DNA of 64,000 nucleotides, taken from positions 1 through 64,000 of the IMG/VR virus record IMGVR_UViG_3300044612_000719; one strand, written 5' to 3'. This document shows, piece by piece, positions 40,534-49,390 of this stretch. Below the pieces are notes generated by a model, which was given only the letters and a program-made list of their open reading frames with translations, was not told the DNA's origin and searched no databases. Positions within the stretch are counted from its first letter, which is position 1. Every line of letters starts with the position of its first letter. The stretch is from a virus. The position numbers and the translations under genes were made by a program.

Positions 40534-41741
40534 TATGCCTCCAACGCTTCAATACGGGCAGTTAATTGTTCAATCACTGCTTGTTGTTCTTGAACAGTTT
40601 TAACTAGCAACCAGGTAATTTCCGTTGCATTAACAGACTTGATGTCTGTAGTTTCTTCATCTTCTGGATTAAGTTTACCTTCATAGGTGTGAACCGTATC
40701 TGGAAGCACCAACTCAATTTCGTTAGCAACAACACCAAGACCTTTGGAACCAGCCTGTAAACCGCCTTTGCCGTTGTGTTCCCACTCACGAACACGGACC
40801 TGCATAAGTTCTGCTGTGCCTTTGTCGTAGTCACGTACATTGTCTTTGAGGCGAATGTCTGATAGTGCTGACCATGAACCACCACCAGGTTTACTTGCTG
40901 AACCACCAGTATCAAACAAAAAACCGTTTTCTCCACCAGCGGAGTTTGTGCAAGTAAAAGATATGTTCCCACCTTCGTCAAAACGAATCATCTGTGCTGA
41001 AAGACCCGTGTTGGGGCGTGGAAAACTACCTGCTGAATTTATTCTGTTTCTTGATATTCCACACCCAGTCCAAGTTGCACCTGGTTCACTAACCCACATA
41101 TGGAAACTTACTTCTCCAGTTGAGTTACCGTTATGCACTGCAGGCAATCTGAGTCTATGTACAATTCCGTGAACAAAATCTTCTGTTACGTTACCAGAAA
41201 ATGTTGGTGACTCCAAATTCGCTTTTAAGTTAAGGGCAGTTTGCTGTGCAGTGGAAACTGGTTTTGCTGTATCTGCCGTGTTGTCCACAGAACCCAAGCC
41301 AACCATTGACTTGGTTATTCCAGAAACAGTTCCTGTAAAAGTAGGGTTTGCTACTGGCGCTTTGGCGTTTAACTGTGTTTGCACCATTGAAGAAACACCA
41401 GCAAGATAACTAATTTCTGTTCCAGTCACAGCACCAACGGAAGTTGTAGATGGCAATACTACGTTTCCAGTAAAAGTTGGCGATGCTGTGTTTGCTGGGG
41501 TATACCCAATGTTGGCTACAGCGGCACCAGAAGCAAGTTTGGCGGCTGTCACAGCACCAGAAGCAAGTTTGACTTCGTGAACTGCGCCAGTAGCAATTTT
41601 ATCTGTGGTTACTTCACCTGTAGGAATAGTATAAGAGTTAGCCGTAATGAGGTTCCAAGTGGAGCCATTAAAGATCCACTTCTTTCCTCCTGATGTGAAG
41701 GAGTCGTTTTCGGCTGGTGAGTCGGGAAAGTTAATAGGCAT
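40533..41741 (-). CDS. Fibre protein with C-terminal intramolecular chaperone (peptidase S74)
   Basis: MPINFPDSP; SDIRLKDNV...GVVANEI..VLP...LVKTVQEQ coiled coil. Confidence 0.85.
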   Translation of the reverse strand: MPINFPDSPAENDSFTSGGKKWIFNGSTWNLITANSYTIPTGEVTTDKIATGAVHEVKLASGAVTAAKLASGAAVANIGYTPANTASPTFTGNVVLPSTTSVGAVTGTEISYLAGVSSMVQTQLNAKAPVANPTFTGTVSGITKSMVGLGSVDNTADTAKPVSTAQQTALNLKANLESPTFSGNVTEDFVHGIVHRLRLPAVHNGNSTGEVSFHMWVSEPGATWTGCGISRNRINSAGSFPRPNTGLSAQMIRFDEGGNISFTCTNSAGGENGFLFDTGGSASKPGGGSWSALSDIRLKDNVRDYDKGTAELMQVRVREWEHNGKGGLQAGSKGLGVVANEIELVLPDTVHTYEGKLNPEDEETTDIKSVNATEITWLLVKTVQEQQAVIEQLTARIEALEA

Positions 41742-43042
41742 TATGCGATAACCAAACTTCCTGATGCTGTAAATGTATGGATTGTGTATATTCCTGCTGT
41801 GGTTTTTGTTCCACCAGTAATAGTCAGACCTGATGCCGTTGCAGTGTTATAGCGAAGAATAACAACTCCAGAACCACCAGCACCTCCTATGCCTGCTACA
41901 CCGCCAGCGCCAGCGCCACCGCCACCGCCAGTATTTGCTCCGCCTGCACCACCTAATGCTCCATTACCTGAAGCACCATTACCGCCGTTTGCAGTTCCAC
42001 CTGTTCCACCTGTTCCACCTGTGGATGCAGCAGAACCACCACCACCTCCACCACCAGAACCCCCAAAACCACCTGGAACGGCATTGTAAGTACCTGAACC
42101 GCCGCCTCCAGCATAAAAGAAACTTGTTCCAGATACATCATTTCGTAGTCCTACACCGCCATCAATGCGAGTTGCGTCATACGAGTTGGTTCTAGTTTGT
42201 CCTACACCGCCTGCACCACCGCCACCTGCTCCAGATGTGTTTGTTTGACCTGCTCGTGCGCCAACGCTTCCCCCAGCAAAACCCTGTCCAGATGTTCCTG
42301 CACCACCTGCGCCACTGCCAGCGGTGTTATCTCCACCTGCGCCACCACCTGAACCACCAGCAATACCTGTAATGGTTCCAATGCCTTGCCAAGTTCCACC
42401 TCCACCACCACCTAAAGATGTAATAGTGTTAAATACAGAGTTAGCCCCGTTAGTTCCTCTTGCGTCTGATGCCCCACCAGCACCACCGCCACCAACAGTT
42501 ACTGTGTATGTTCCAGCAGAAAGGGATGCAACTGTTTCAATAACACTGCTTCCTCCAGAACCTTCTCCAGACACACTAGTTCGTAAGCCACCGCCACCAC
42601 CGCCACCACCAACGTGTGAACCGCCGCCTCCACCGCCAGCAACGACAAGGTATTCAATAGGGAGCGCAGTAGTGTGGTTTATACCATTTGACCAAGCAGA
42701 ACCCAACCAGATTTTCTGTAAGTTAGTGTCAGTTTCAAAAACTGTTTGTCCTGTAAAAGGCGAAGATGGTCTTGTAGAACTAGTACAAATCGTGACACCA
42801 CTTAAAGTTGTATGAAGTTTGGCTTGCGTTACAGCGTTAGCGGCAATGTCTGCCTCTACAACGGCTCCAGCCGCAATCTTGGCTGTGGTTACTGCATTAT
42901 TGGCTAATTCAGTTGTGCCAATAGAACCAGCCGCCGCAATAGTACCTGTGATTTCCCAAATCGTTCCTGACCATGTCCAAGTACGTGCACCTACCGTGTA
43001 GGTATCACCAACGCTTGGAGAGGCAGGAAAAGTAAGGGGCAT
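41741..43042 (-). CDS. Gly-rich fibre protein (FPxSP plus CTSSTRP modules)
   Basis: MPLTFPASP; ICTSSTRPSSPFTGQ; IEYLVVAGGG; YTIHTFTASG. Confidence 0.78.
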   Translation of the reverse strand: MPLTFPASPSVGDTYTVGARTWTWSGTIWEITGTIAAAGSIGTTELANNAVTTAKIAAGAVVEADIAANAVTQAKLHTTLSGVTICTSSTRPSSPFTGQTVFETDTNLQKIWLGSAWSNGINHTTALPIEYLVVAGGGGGGSHVGGGGGGGGLRTSVSGEGSGGSSVIETVASLSAGTYTVTVGGGGAGGASDARGTNGANSVFNTITSLGGGGGGTWQGIGTITGIAGGSGGGAGGDNTAGSGAGGAGTSGQGFAGGSVGARAGQTNTSGAGGGGAGGVGQTRTNSYDATRIDGGVGLRNDVSGTSFFYAGGGGSGTYNAVPGGFGGSGGGGGGGSAASTGGTGGTGGTANGGNGASGNGALGGAGGANTGGGGGAGAGGVAGIGGAGGSGVVILRYNTATASGLTITGGTKTTAGIYTIHTFTASGSLVIA

Positions 43043-43045
43043 TTA

Positions 43046-43414
43046 CTATTCCGTTGTAATTTCGGCTTCTACCCACTCTTGCTCTTCTTCGTCCCATGTG
43101 TAGAAACCTTCTGCTGGGCGAGCAATTGGGGCTTCCCATTCAGTGGTTTCTTCATCAAGAGTCCATGATGGGTAAGGCTTTGGGGCGATGTATGCGTCTA
43201 GGGCGGAGTTGTAGGTATACCCAATTCCTGCATAACGGTCACGCATGTTGCCGTTGTAGGAGGTCTGCTTCCATGTTCCACCGAGCAGATTACGACAGAA
43301 TTCAGCGCCCACAGCCTCTGACTCGTTGCCCTCTGAGTCTTTGCAATCATCGTTAGATACCACGATTACTCGCAATACGATGTTGTCTTCGCCAAGTTCT
43401 GCAAAATGTGCCAT
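43046..43414 (-). CDS. Fibre-associated small protein, MA[HY][FY]A family copy 3
   Basis: MAHFAELGEDNIV...WKQTSYN...YAGIG...PYPSW. Confidence 0.75.
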   Translation of the reverse strand: MAHFAELGEDNIVLRVIVVSNDDCKDSEGNESEAVGAEFCRNLLGGTWKQTSYNGNMRDRYAGIGYTYNSALDAYIAPKPYPSWTLDEETTEWEAPIARPAEGFYTWDEEEQEWVEAEITTE

Positions 43415-43425
43415 TTAAGTTTCTC

Positions 43426-44406
43426 CTAGAAAGTAATACTGCCAGACGCAGTAAAAGTATATATCCGATAACCACCTGTTGTTGTTAACGTAGGTGAACC
43501 AGTAGTTGCGGATGCTGGGGGAGAAGCATCGGGATAGCGAATAATAACTACACCTGAGCCACCGTTTGCACCATTTCCCCAACCGTTACCGCCACCTCCA
43601 CCACCACCTGAACCAGTATTTACTGCTCCTGTTGTTGCGGCAACAGTTTCGGTTACCGTGTTGTTTGTTGCGCCAGTTCCTCCGCCACCACTACCGCCAG
43701 CCGCACCAGCACTGGCATAAGAACCACCACCGCCACCGCCTGCACGAGTTACTGAAGTTCCAGTAATACTGGAAGCAACTCCACTACCACCTGCTGTTGG
43801 AGTGTTGGCACTTGTTCCGTCTACTCCTTGACTCCCTGCACCACCACCACCCGTACCACCATGAGGTGATTGATAAGTGCCACCAAAGTTACCACCACGG
43901 AAACCTTGACCAGTCGCACCAGTTCCTCCGAGATTTCCTGTACCACTACCATTATTTCCAACTCCACCGCCTGAACCACCGTTTGCATAAGCGGGTCGTG
44001 CAGATTCAAAAGATGCGTAAGCCGCACCACCACCAGTAGAAGTAATAGATGAAAATGAAGAACTTGAACCAGGAGTTCTGGTTACGGCAGTGCCGCCAGC
44101 ACCAACTACAACAGTGTAAGTTCCCACAGTGGTATTAAATGTTGCTTCTGCACTAGCACCACCGCCAGATGTAGCACCAACCACGTTAGTTCTGTATCCG
44201 CCTGCTCCACCACCACCACCAGCAAATCCTGCTGCACCACCACCACCGCCTGCGATAACTAGGTATTCAAGAGTTGGTGGAATTAAACTAGGCCAGTTAT
44301 TTGCTCCCTTTTCACGTTGCAGATCGGATGTGGACCAAAAACCAGACGCAGCAGAAGTACTAATAACCTTCTTTGCCCCAATCAACCCACCATTACCTCT
44401 AGCCAT
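43426..44406 (-). CDS. Gly-rich fibre tip protein
   Basis: LEYLVIAGGG...GGSGVVIIRYP...YRIYTFTASGSITF. Confidence 0.78.
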   Translation of the reverse strand: MARGNGGLIGAKKVISTSAASGFWSTSDLQREKGANNWPSLIPPTLEYLVIAGGGGGAAGFAGGGGGAGGYRTNVVGATSGGGASAEATFNTTVGTYTVVVGAGGTAVTRTPGSSSSFSSITSTGGGAAYASFESARPAYANGGSGGGVGNNGSGTGNLGGTGATGQGFRGGNFGGTYQSPHGGTGGGGAGSQGVDGTSANTPTAGGSGVASSITGTSVTRAGGGGGGSYASAGAAGGSGGGGTGATNNTVTETVAATTGAVNTGSGGGGGGGNGWGNGANGGSGVVIIRYPDASPPASATTGSPTLTTTGGYRIYTFTASGSITF

Positions 44407-44407
44407 A

Positions 44408-44761
44408 TTATGAAATCTGTTCGTATGAACAAGTGGCTTCTAGTTTAAGAGTTGTGCTACCAAGCGCTCTAATTGAATCCCCTTCTTCAAGGTAAATTGC
44501 TTTAGATAAAACATCTAGGGTTGCGCCTGGGGGTACGGATACTTGGTAAGCAAGACGATAGGCCGTAGACGAACGAAATAGGTCAATAGTTACGGTGTAC
44601 GCAGTAGCGCCATCTACGTTAGCAACATATAAAGCGTTGACCTTGTAGACCATTCCACTGGCTGCTGAGTTTGTAACAATTGCGGCTGCTGAAGCCGTGA
44701 GTGCAAGAACTGCTGTTTTACCAGTAATCGTTGCTACGTTAACAATATTAGGTGCCGCCAT
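44408..44761 (-). CDS. ~117-aa beta-sandwich fibre adaptor
   Basis: MAAPNIVNV...KVNALYVANVDG...IYLEEGDSI. Confidence 0.65.
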   Translation of the reverse strand: MAAPNIVNVATITGKTAVLALTASAAAIVTNSAASGMVYKVNALYVANVDGATAYTVTIDLFRSSTAYRLAYQVSVPPGATLDVLSKAIYLEEGDSIRALGSTTLKLEATCSYEQIS

Positions 44762-44762
44762 A

Positions 44763-46682
44763 TTAACCTCCGAAGACTATAGCCATGGCAATGGCTTTAC
44801 CTGTTGAAACTGGGGTGTCCCATTTTAGACCAGTTGCTGTAGATGAATCTACTGTGAGAACTTGTCCAGCCGAGCCAGCCGTTAGTCCCCCAATTGTGTT
44901 ATCAGCGGTTCCTACAAGAAGGTCACCTTTAGCGTTAATAGTATTTACAAGAGCGCTAAAAGGTGATGCACCAACTTCAATCCAGTTTGTTCCGTAATAA
45001 ACGTAGGTACCACCCGTGAGGGAGTTAAACCAGATTTGTCCAGAAACAGGGGCGGCTGGGGCAGAATCTTGCACACTGGCAGTTACGCCTGATGCACCGA
45101 TTTCAATCCACTGCGAATCGTAATAAACAAATGTTTGGGCAGTATCGGTGTCAAACCACATACTTCCTTCAAGTGGTGACGCTGGGGCAGAAGAACTGGA
45201 CACCATTCGTGCGCCCGTACCAACACCACCGACTTCAATCCAAGATGAGTCATAGTAAACAAAGGTTTTGCCGTTGGTTGATTGGAACCAAAGTTGACCT
45301 GCCAAAGGTGATGCAGGGGCTGTATCAGAAATGGTTGCGCCACCAATAATCGTTTCTGGAACCCATGCTGTGCCATTCCACTTCAAGAACTGTCCAGACG
45401 ATGGTGATGCGGCGCTTACGTCGCCAATATCGTCAAGTGCGTTAATTGTTGGAATTGAATCTGGAACCCAAGCGGTACCATTCCACTTCAAGAACTGTCC
45501 GTTTGATGGGGACGGTACAGAAACATCACCAATATCATCCAATGTGTTGATGGTTGGGATAGTTCCGTTAACCCAGCGGGTTCCGTCAAACTTTAAGAAT
45601 TGACCGTTAACTGGGGTAGTAAGAGTGACATCAGAGAGGTCAGTTAAATCCTCTACAAGATCTGGTTCTCCACTTGCTTGTAGCCAATGGTTATCGTAAT
45701 AGATGTATGTTTCTAATGTTGCCGAGTTAAACCAAAGGTCGCCCACTTCAGGGGATGCAGGGGCAGTTGCTGAAACTTCAAGGCTGGCTCCACCACCTGC
45801 TGACGCAGCAGTCCATAGTGAGCCGTTGTATGTAAGAACATCTCCAACATTTGGTGATGGGATGCTTACGTCATGTAATTCGTCTAGTTCGTATCCGTTT
45901 TGTGTAGCAACATAAACAATACCGTTGTTGGTTGCACGGACAACTACACCTATGAATACAAGATGGTCTGGGGCGGTTGGTTTGGTTTTAGTAAACGCAC
46001 CGTTTTCTCCAAGCCACAAAATGTCACCAGCGGTATAACCAACAGACAAGTTAATGCCATCAACATAACCACGAGTAACAACTGGACCATTATTACTTGC
46101 TGTAATGTTCGCACCAACAAGACCAATCGTTTTTGACGAGGTGGCATCAGAGTTATTATCTGCTCTTTTTACTGTGGCATGGTCACCCGTAGCACCAAAC
46201 AAATAAACAGCGGTGCCTGTAGTAAGCGTTGTCGCTTCAGCGTTACGAACATATGAAACAACAGAAGAATAAGTGTTTACCCAATTAGTTCCATTATATT
46301 CAAGGGTTTGAAACTCTTCTGGGGAAGTAATTACAACATCAGAAAGGTCATCAATAGATCCAACAGTGCTGGCGGTTCCTGGAACAAACTTGGTTCCGTC
46401 AAACTTAAGAACTTGATCGGTTGTTGCACCTGTTGGGTCAATCTCAATGCTGTCTACAAACAGAACAGGTGTTTTAAAAGTGTCGTCTGTTTGTAGTACA
46501 TCAGCAGATGCACGATAGAGGTTTACGTCACCAGCAGATGCGCCACCACCCCAAGTAAGACGACCACCCGCTTCAACTTTTAAGCGAGAAAATGTATCTT
46601 GGTCAACATAGACGGTGACAGCATCAGAACCAGCAGAAGCAAGTTGCTTAACAGTAATAGGTACTGTAAATTTCTGTGCCAC
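44763..46682 (-). CDS. Long repeat-built fibre/hub protein
   Basis: Five [LI]xD/E[LI]xDV..P..[GF][QD].L.[YFW][ND]G..W repeats, four AP..P..G..WF repeats, C-terminal GKAIAMAIVFGG. Confidence 0.75.
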   Translation of the reverse strand: MAQKFTVPITVKQLASAGSDAVTVYVDQDTFSRLKVEAGGRLTWGGGASAGDVNLYRASADVLQTDDTFKTPVLFVDSIEIDPTGATTDQVLKFDGTKFVPGTASTVGSIDDLSDVVITSPEEFQTLEYNGTNWVNTYSSVVSYVRNAEATTLTTGTAVYLFGATGDHATVKRADNNSDATSSKTIGLVGANITASNNGPVVTRGYVDGINLSVGYTAGDILWLGENGAFTKTKPTAPDHLVFIGVVVRATNNGIVYVATQNGYELDELHDVSIPSPNVGDVLTYNGSLWTAASAGGGASLEVSATAPASPEVGDLWFNSATLETYIYYDNHWLQASGEPDLVEDLTDLSDVTLTTPVNGQFLKFDGTRWVNGTIPTINTLDDIGDVSVPSPSNGQFLKWNGTAWVPDSIPTINALDDIGDVSAASPSSGQFLKWNGTAWVPETIIGGATISDTAPASPLAGQLWFQSTNGKTFVYYDSSWIEVGGVGTGARMVSSSSAPASPLEGSMWFDTDTAQTFVYYDSQWIEIGASGVTASVQDSAPAAPVSGQIWFNSLTGGTYVYYGTNWIEVGASPFSALVNTINAKGDLLVGTADNTIGGLTAGSAGQVLTVDSSTATGLKWDTPVSTGKAIAMAIVFGG

Positions 46683-46730
46683 GACCTCAATCGCTTCCTA
46701 TGTTGTGACCCCTCAAGGTCTATTTAATGA

Positions 46731-48032
46731 TTAACCTACGACAACGATGGTGTAATCGTTAGCGGCAATCGTTCCATAGAGTACTACGGAAAGAGTGTTT
46801 CCGTTTGAACGGGTCACATCACCAATTACCGTTGCACCAGTTGCTACTTCGTAAATCTGTACGTTTACATCAGTTGTACCAAAGTTGTGGGTAACTGTGG
46901 TGGTTGAAACACCTGTGCTACTTGCGGCACATCCTTGCTTTGCAGTACGAGCCAAAGCAGGGGTACTTGTTGTACGTCCAGTTGCTTCAGCGGCTGCTGA
47001 GGCGAGGTTTGTGCGGGCACCAGACTCCGTGGATGAACCAGTACCACCGTCTGTAACAGCGACATCTGTACCGTTCCAAACACCCGTGGTAATCGTACCC
47101 AAGGTGGTGATGCTTGCTTGACCAACATAAGTGCTTGCAATGTCTACAGCATCTGCACTAACCGAGATACGATCAGTAGTACCAATAACATTAAGGGTGT
47201 TACCAGTCTTGGTGAGACCGTCACCAGCAAAGATAGAACCAGCAACTGAGAACAAAGCCCATGTGAGACCCGTTACACCTACGTTGATGGTTCCGTTAGT
47301 TGTGAGAACCCAACCGCTGTCTGCGTTAAGTGTTCCTTCTTCTACGAAGGTAAACGCTCCAGGAGTTACTTCTGCGTTGGAGTCAAAATCAGTTGCACGA
47401 ACTGCGGCACCTGAAGCCTGAACAACGTAGATACCGTTCTCTGATGCGGTGCTCTGGTCTTTAACAAGAACACGGTCACCAGCAACAAGTGTTACGTTGG
47501 TGTCAAGGGTGTCACCAGCCTCAAGGTCTGATGCAAGGTTGATTGGCGCAGTTGTTGCGGCACGTACCGAAGCCTTAACGTCAAGACCTGAACGAGCAGC
47601 GTCTACGTAAGACTTAGTTGCGGCATGGTCAGGGTCAGTTGGCGTACCAAACTTTGCTTGACCGTTAGCGTCACGGAGAACAAGTTTGTTTGCAGTTGCT
47701 TCAGAAGTGGCGTCTGCCAACTTTGAGAAGTCTGAGGCTGAGAGGAGACCAGCACTTGCTGAGGTAGCAAGGTTTGGCGTAATGGTAATGGCACCATTAG
47801 ATTCGTTGATAGTAAGGGCTGTTGACTGGGAACCAGCGGCGGTTACGCCAGTAATCATCTTGCGCCATGCGGCGGCAGTTAGGTCATAAACTTTAATTAC
47901 ACCTTCAGTGCTATTAAAGATCATACGACCATCAAATAGACCAGTGTTAGGGTCGGTGCCTACTACTTCAAACGAACCGTTAAGCAGTTGGTTCTGATTG
48001 AGGTCAATATTAGTTAGAAACTTTTGAGCCAT
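46731..48032 (-). CDS. Fibre shaft protein
   Basis: AATKSYVD..GLDVKASVRAAT, GDRVLVKDQ....NGIYVV, FTFVEEGT. Confidence 0.75.
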   Translation of the reverse strand: MAQKFLTNIDLNQNQLLNGSFEVVGTDPNTGLFDGRMIFNSTEGVIKVYDLTAAAWRKMITGVTAAGSQSTALTINESNGAITITPNLATSASAGLLSASDFSKLADATSEATANKLVLRDANGQAKFGTPTDPDHAATKSYVDAARSGLDVKASVRAATTAPINLASDLEAGDTLDTNVTLVAGDRVLVKDQSTASENGIYVVQASGAAVRATDFDSNAEVTPGAFTFVEEGTLNADSGWVLTTNGTINVGVTGLTWALFSVAGSIFAGDGLTKTGNTLNVIGTTDRISVSADAVDIASTYVGQASITTLGTITTGVWNGTDVAVTDGGTGSSTESGARTNLASAAAEATGRTTSTPALARTAKQGCAASSTGVSTTTVTHNFGTTDVNVQIYEVATGATVIGDVTRSNGNTLSVVLYGTIAANDYTIVVVG

Positions 48033-48041
48033 TAAAATTCC

Positions 48042-48473
48042 TTACGTGAGATAGGCAAAGCCTGAGAACGCTGATGTAAAGTTTACTACAACTTGTGTGG
48101 TACTTAGATAGGTAACTTCTCCAATAACCACTGTTTTAGCGCTATCTACAATGGATACGGAAGGATAACCACCTAGAGCATGGGTAATAGACCATGAAGT
48201 AGAAGCGGTCCCTTGCGTGTGTACATGGCGAACTGACGCTGGATAAACAAGGTTTAGTACTTGGTTTGGGGCAATCCCAGTAATACTGGCACTTGCTTCA
48301 GAGGCAACAGTTACTGTGCCAATACTGAGGACGTTTGGAGGACCAGCAACACCTGGATCATGAACTTCAATTGTCTGATCGGCAGGATCCGTGACAGTAG
48401 AAACTACCTTCTTCTGTGTTACCGTAACATACTTGTTCGGTTGCTTGGTTACCTCAACGGTTTTGGTGGTCAT
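48042..48473 (-). CDS. Short fibre linker protein
   Basis: Start MTTKTVEV at 48473; C-terminal HTQ...WSITHALG.YPSV domain. Confidence 0.7.
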   Translation of the reverse strand: MTTKTVEVTKQPNKYVTVTQKKVVSTVTDPADQTIEVHDPGVAGPPNVLSIGTVTVASEASASITGIAPNQVLNLVYPASVRHVHTQGTASTSWSITHALGGYPSVSIVDSAKTVVIGEVTYLSTTQVVVNFTSAFSGFAYLT

Positions 48474-49186
48474 GCGGGCGGTGCGGAGATAGCGGCTTCT
48501 ACAACAACAGTTCCAGATGCCAAACAATCCCAATCACCAGCCGAGTCCTGAACAAACAAATCAAAGTTGTAACTGCCCGAAGACACTGTGTTTTTGTCTG
48601 AAACATGCATTTCTAGTGTGGCACCCGATGCAGGAGCAAGATAACCACGGCGTTCTGCTGGGAGAGCAATGACAGTTGATTCCGACGGGGTAGACGAGTA
48701 CCAACGCAAGTCCAGCACGGTAGTGCCTGCGGTGTCTTTTGCCTGCATGTAGGCGTTCTGAACCGTGAGAATGTCCCCATCGGCATCTTTCCATGTGAAG
48801 GTGCGACGGAAGTCCACACGTTGCTTGAAGCGGATTTCCATTGCCTGTGAGTCCTCCAGTGGTGTGATGTTGTCAAGAGCCGTTACAACGATTGTACCCC
48901 GTGCAACAGGGCGCTGAATGTCGTTAATAGTTGCAAGGACATCGTATTCAAGGTCACCTAAAGGAAGGTCTTGGGTTTCTTCGGCGCTCAATGAGAGCAT
49001 TATGCCATTTTCCCTTGTCAAGTCAACAGTAATTTCCTTCTTAGCCAGTCCAGTCGTTTGGATAAATGACCGTGCTTCAGTAGGTTTTACTTGTCTGTGG
49101 GTACGGCGATCCTTGACAATGATCAAGCGCTCCCATGGAAGCCCACGAGTAATGGAGTAATTGACGGTGTGGGCGCTATTGGTCAT
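48470..49186 (-). CDS. Fibre base/adaptor with duplicated BppU-like domain
   Basis: Two similar halves ending YDVL...RGTIVV and YNFDLF...SGTVVV; first gene of the fibre array. Confidence 0.6.
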   Translation of the reverse strand: MTNSAHTVNYSITRGLPWERLIIVKDRRTHRQVKPTEARSFIQTTGLAKKEITVDLTRENGIMLSLSAEETQDLPLGDLEYDVLATINDIQRPVARGTIVVTALDNITPLEDSQAMEIRFKQRVDFRRTFTWKDADGDILTVQNAYMQAKDTAGTTVLDLRWYSSTPSESTVIALPAERRGYLAPASGATLEMHVSDKNTVSSGSYNFDLFVQDSAGDWDCLASGTVVVEAAISAPPA

Positions 49187-49195
49187 GTTCTAAGT

Positions 49196-49369
49196 TTACT
49201 CTACGGAATCGTCACCTTTTAGAAGGGCGCCAACAAGGTGGACGACCAGTGAGGCAACTGTAATCCAGATACCCCACTTCAACGTCTGACCGCTCAAGGT
49301 AATCAGGACCATGCCCGTACCACCCAGAGTCCACGCCAAGGCATGCAGTTCATCAATAAGTTTCTTCAC
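49196..49369 (-). CDS. 57-aa two-TM membrane protein
   Basis: Read by hand: MKKLIDELHALAWTLGGTGMVLITLSG...GIWITVASLVVHLVGALL; GTG start with AGGAG SD. Confidence 0.75.
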   Translation of the reverse strand: MKKLIDELHALAWTLGGTGMVLITLSGQTLKWGIWITVASLVVHLVGALLKGDDSVE

Positions 49370-49390
49370 AAGTCTCCTAGAGAATTAGAT

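Noticed and set aside
34696-44413. Plus-strand Pro-rich and His-rich ORFs
   Set aside because: They are antisense shadows of GGN-rich Gly codons in the minus-strand fibre genes and have no SD or promoter support.
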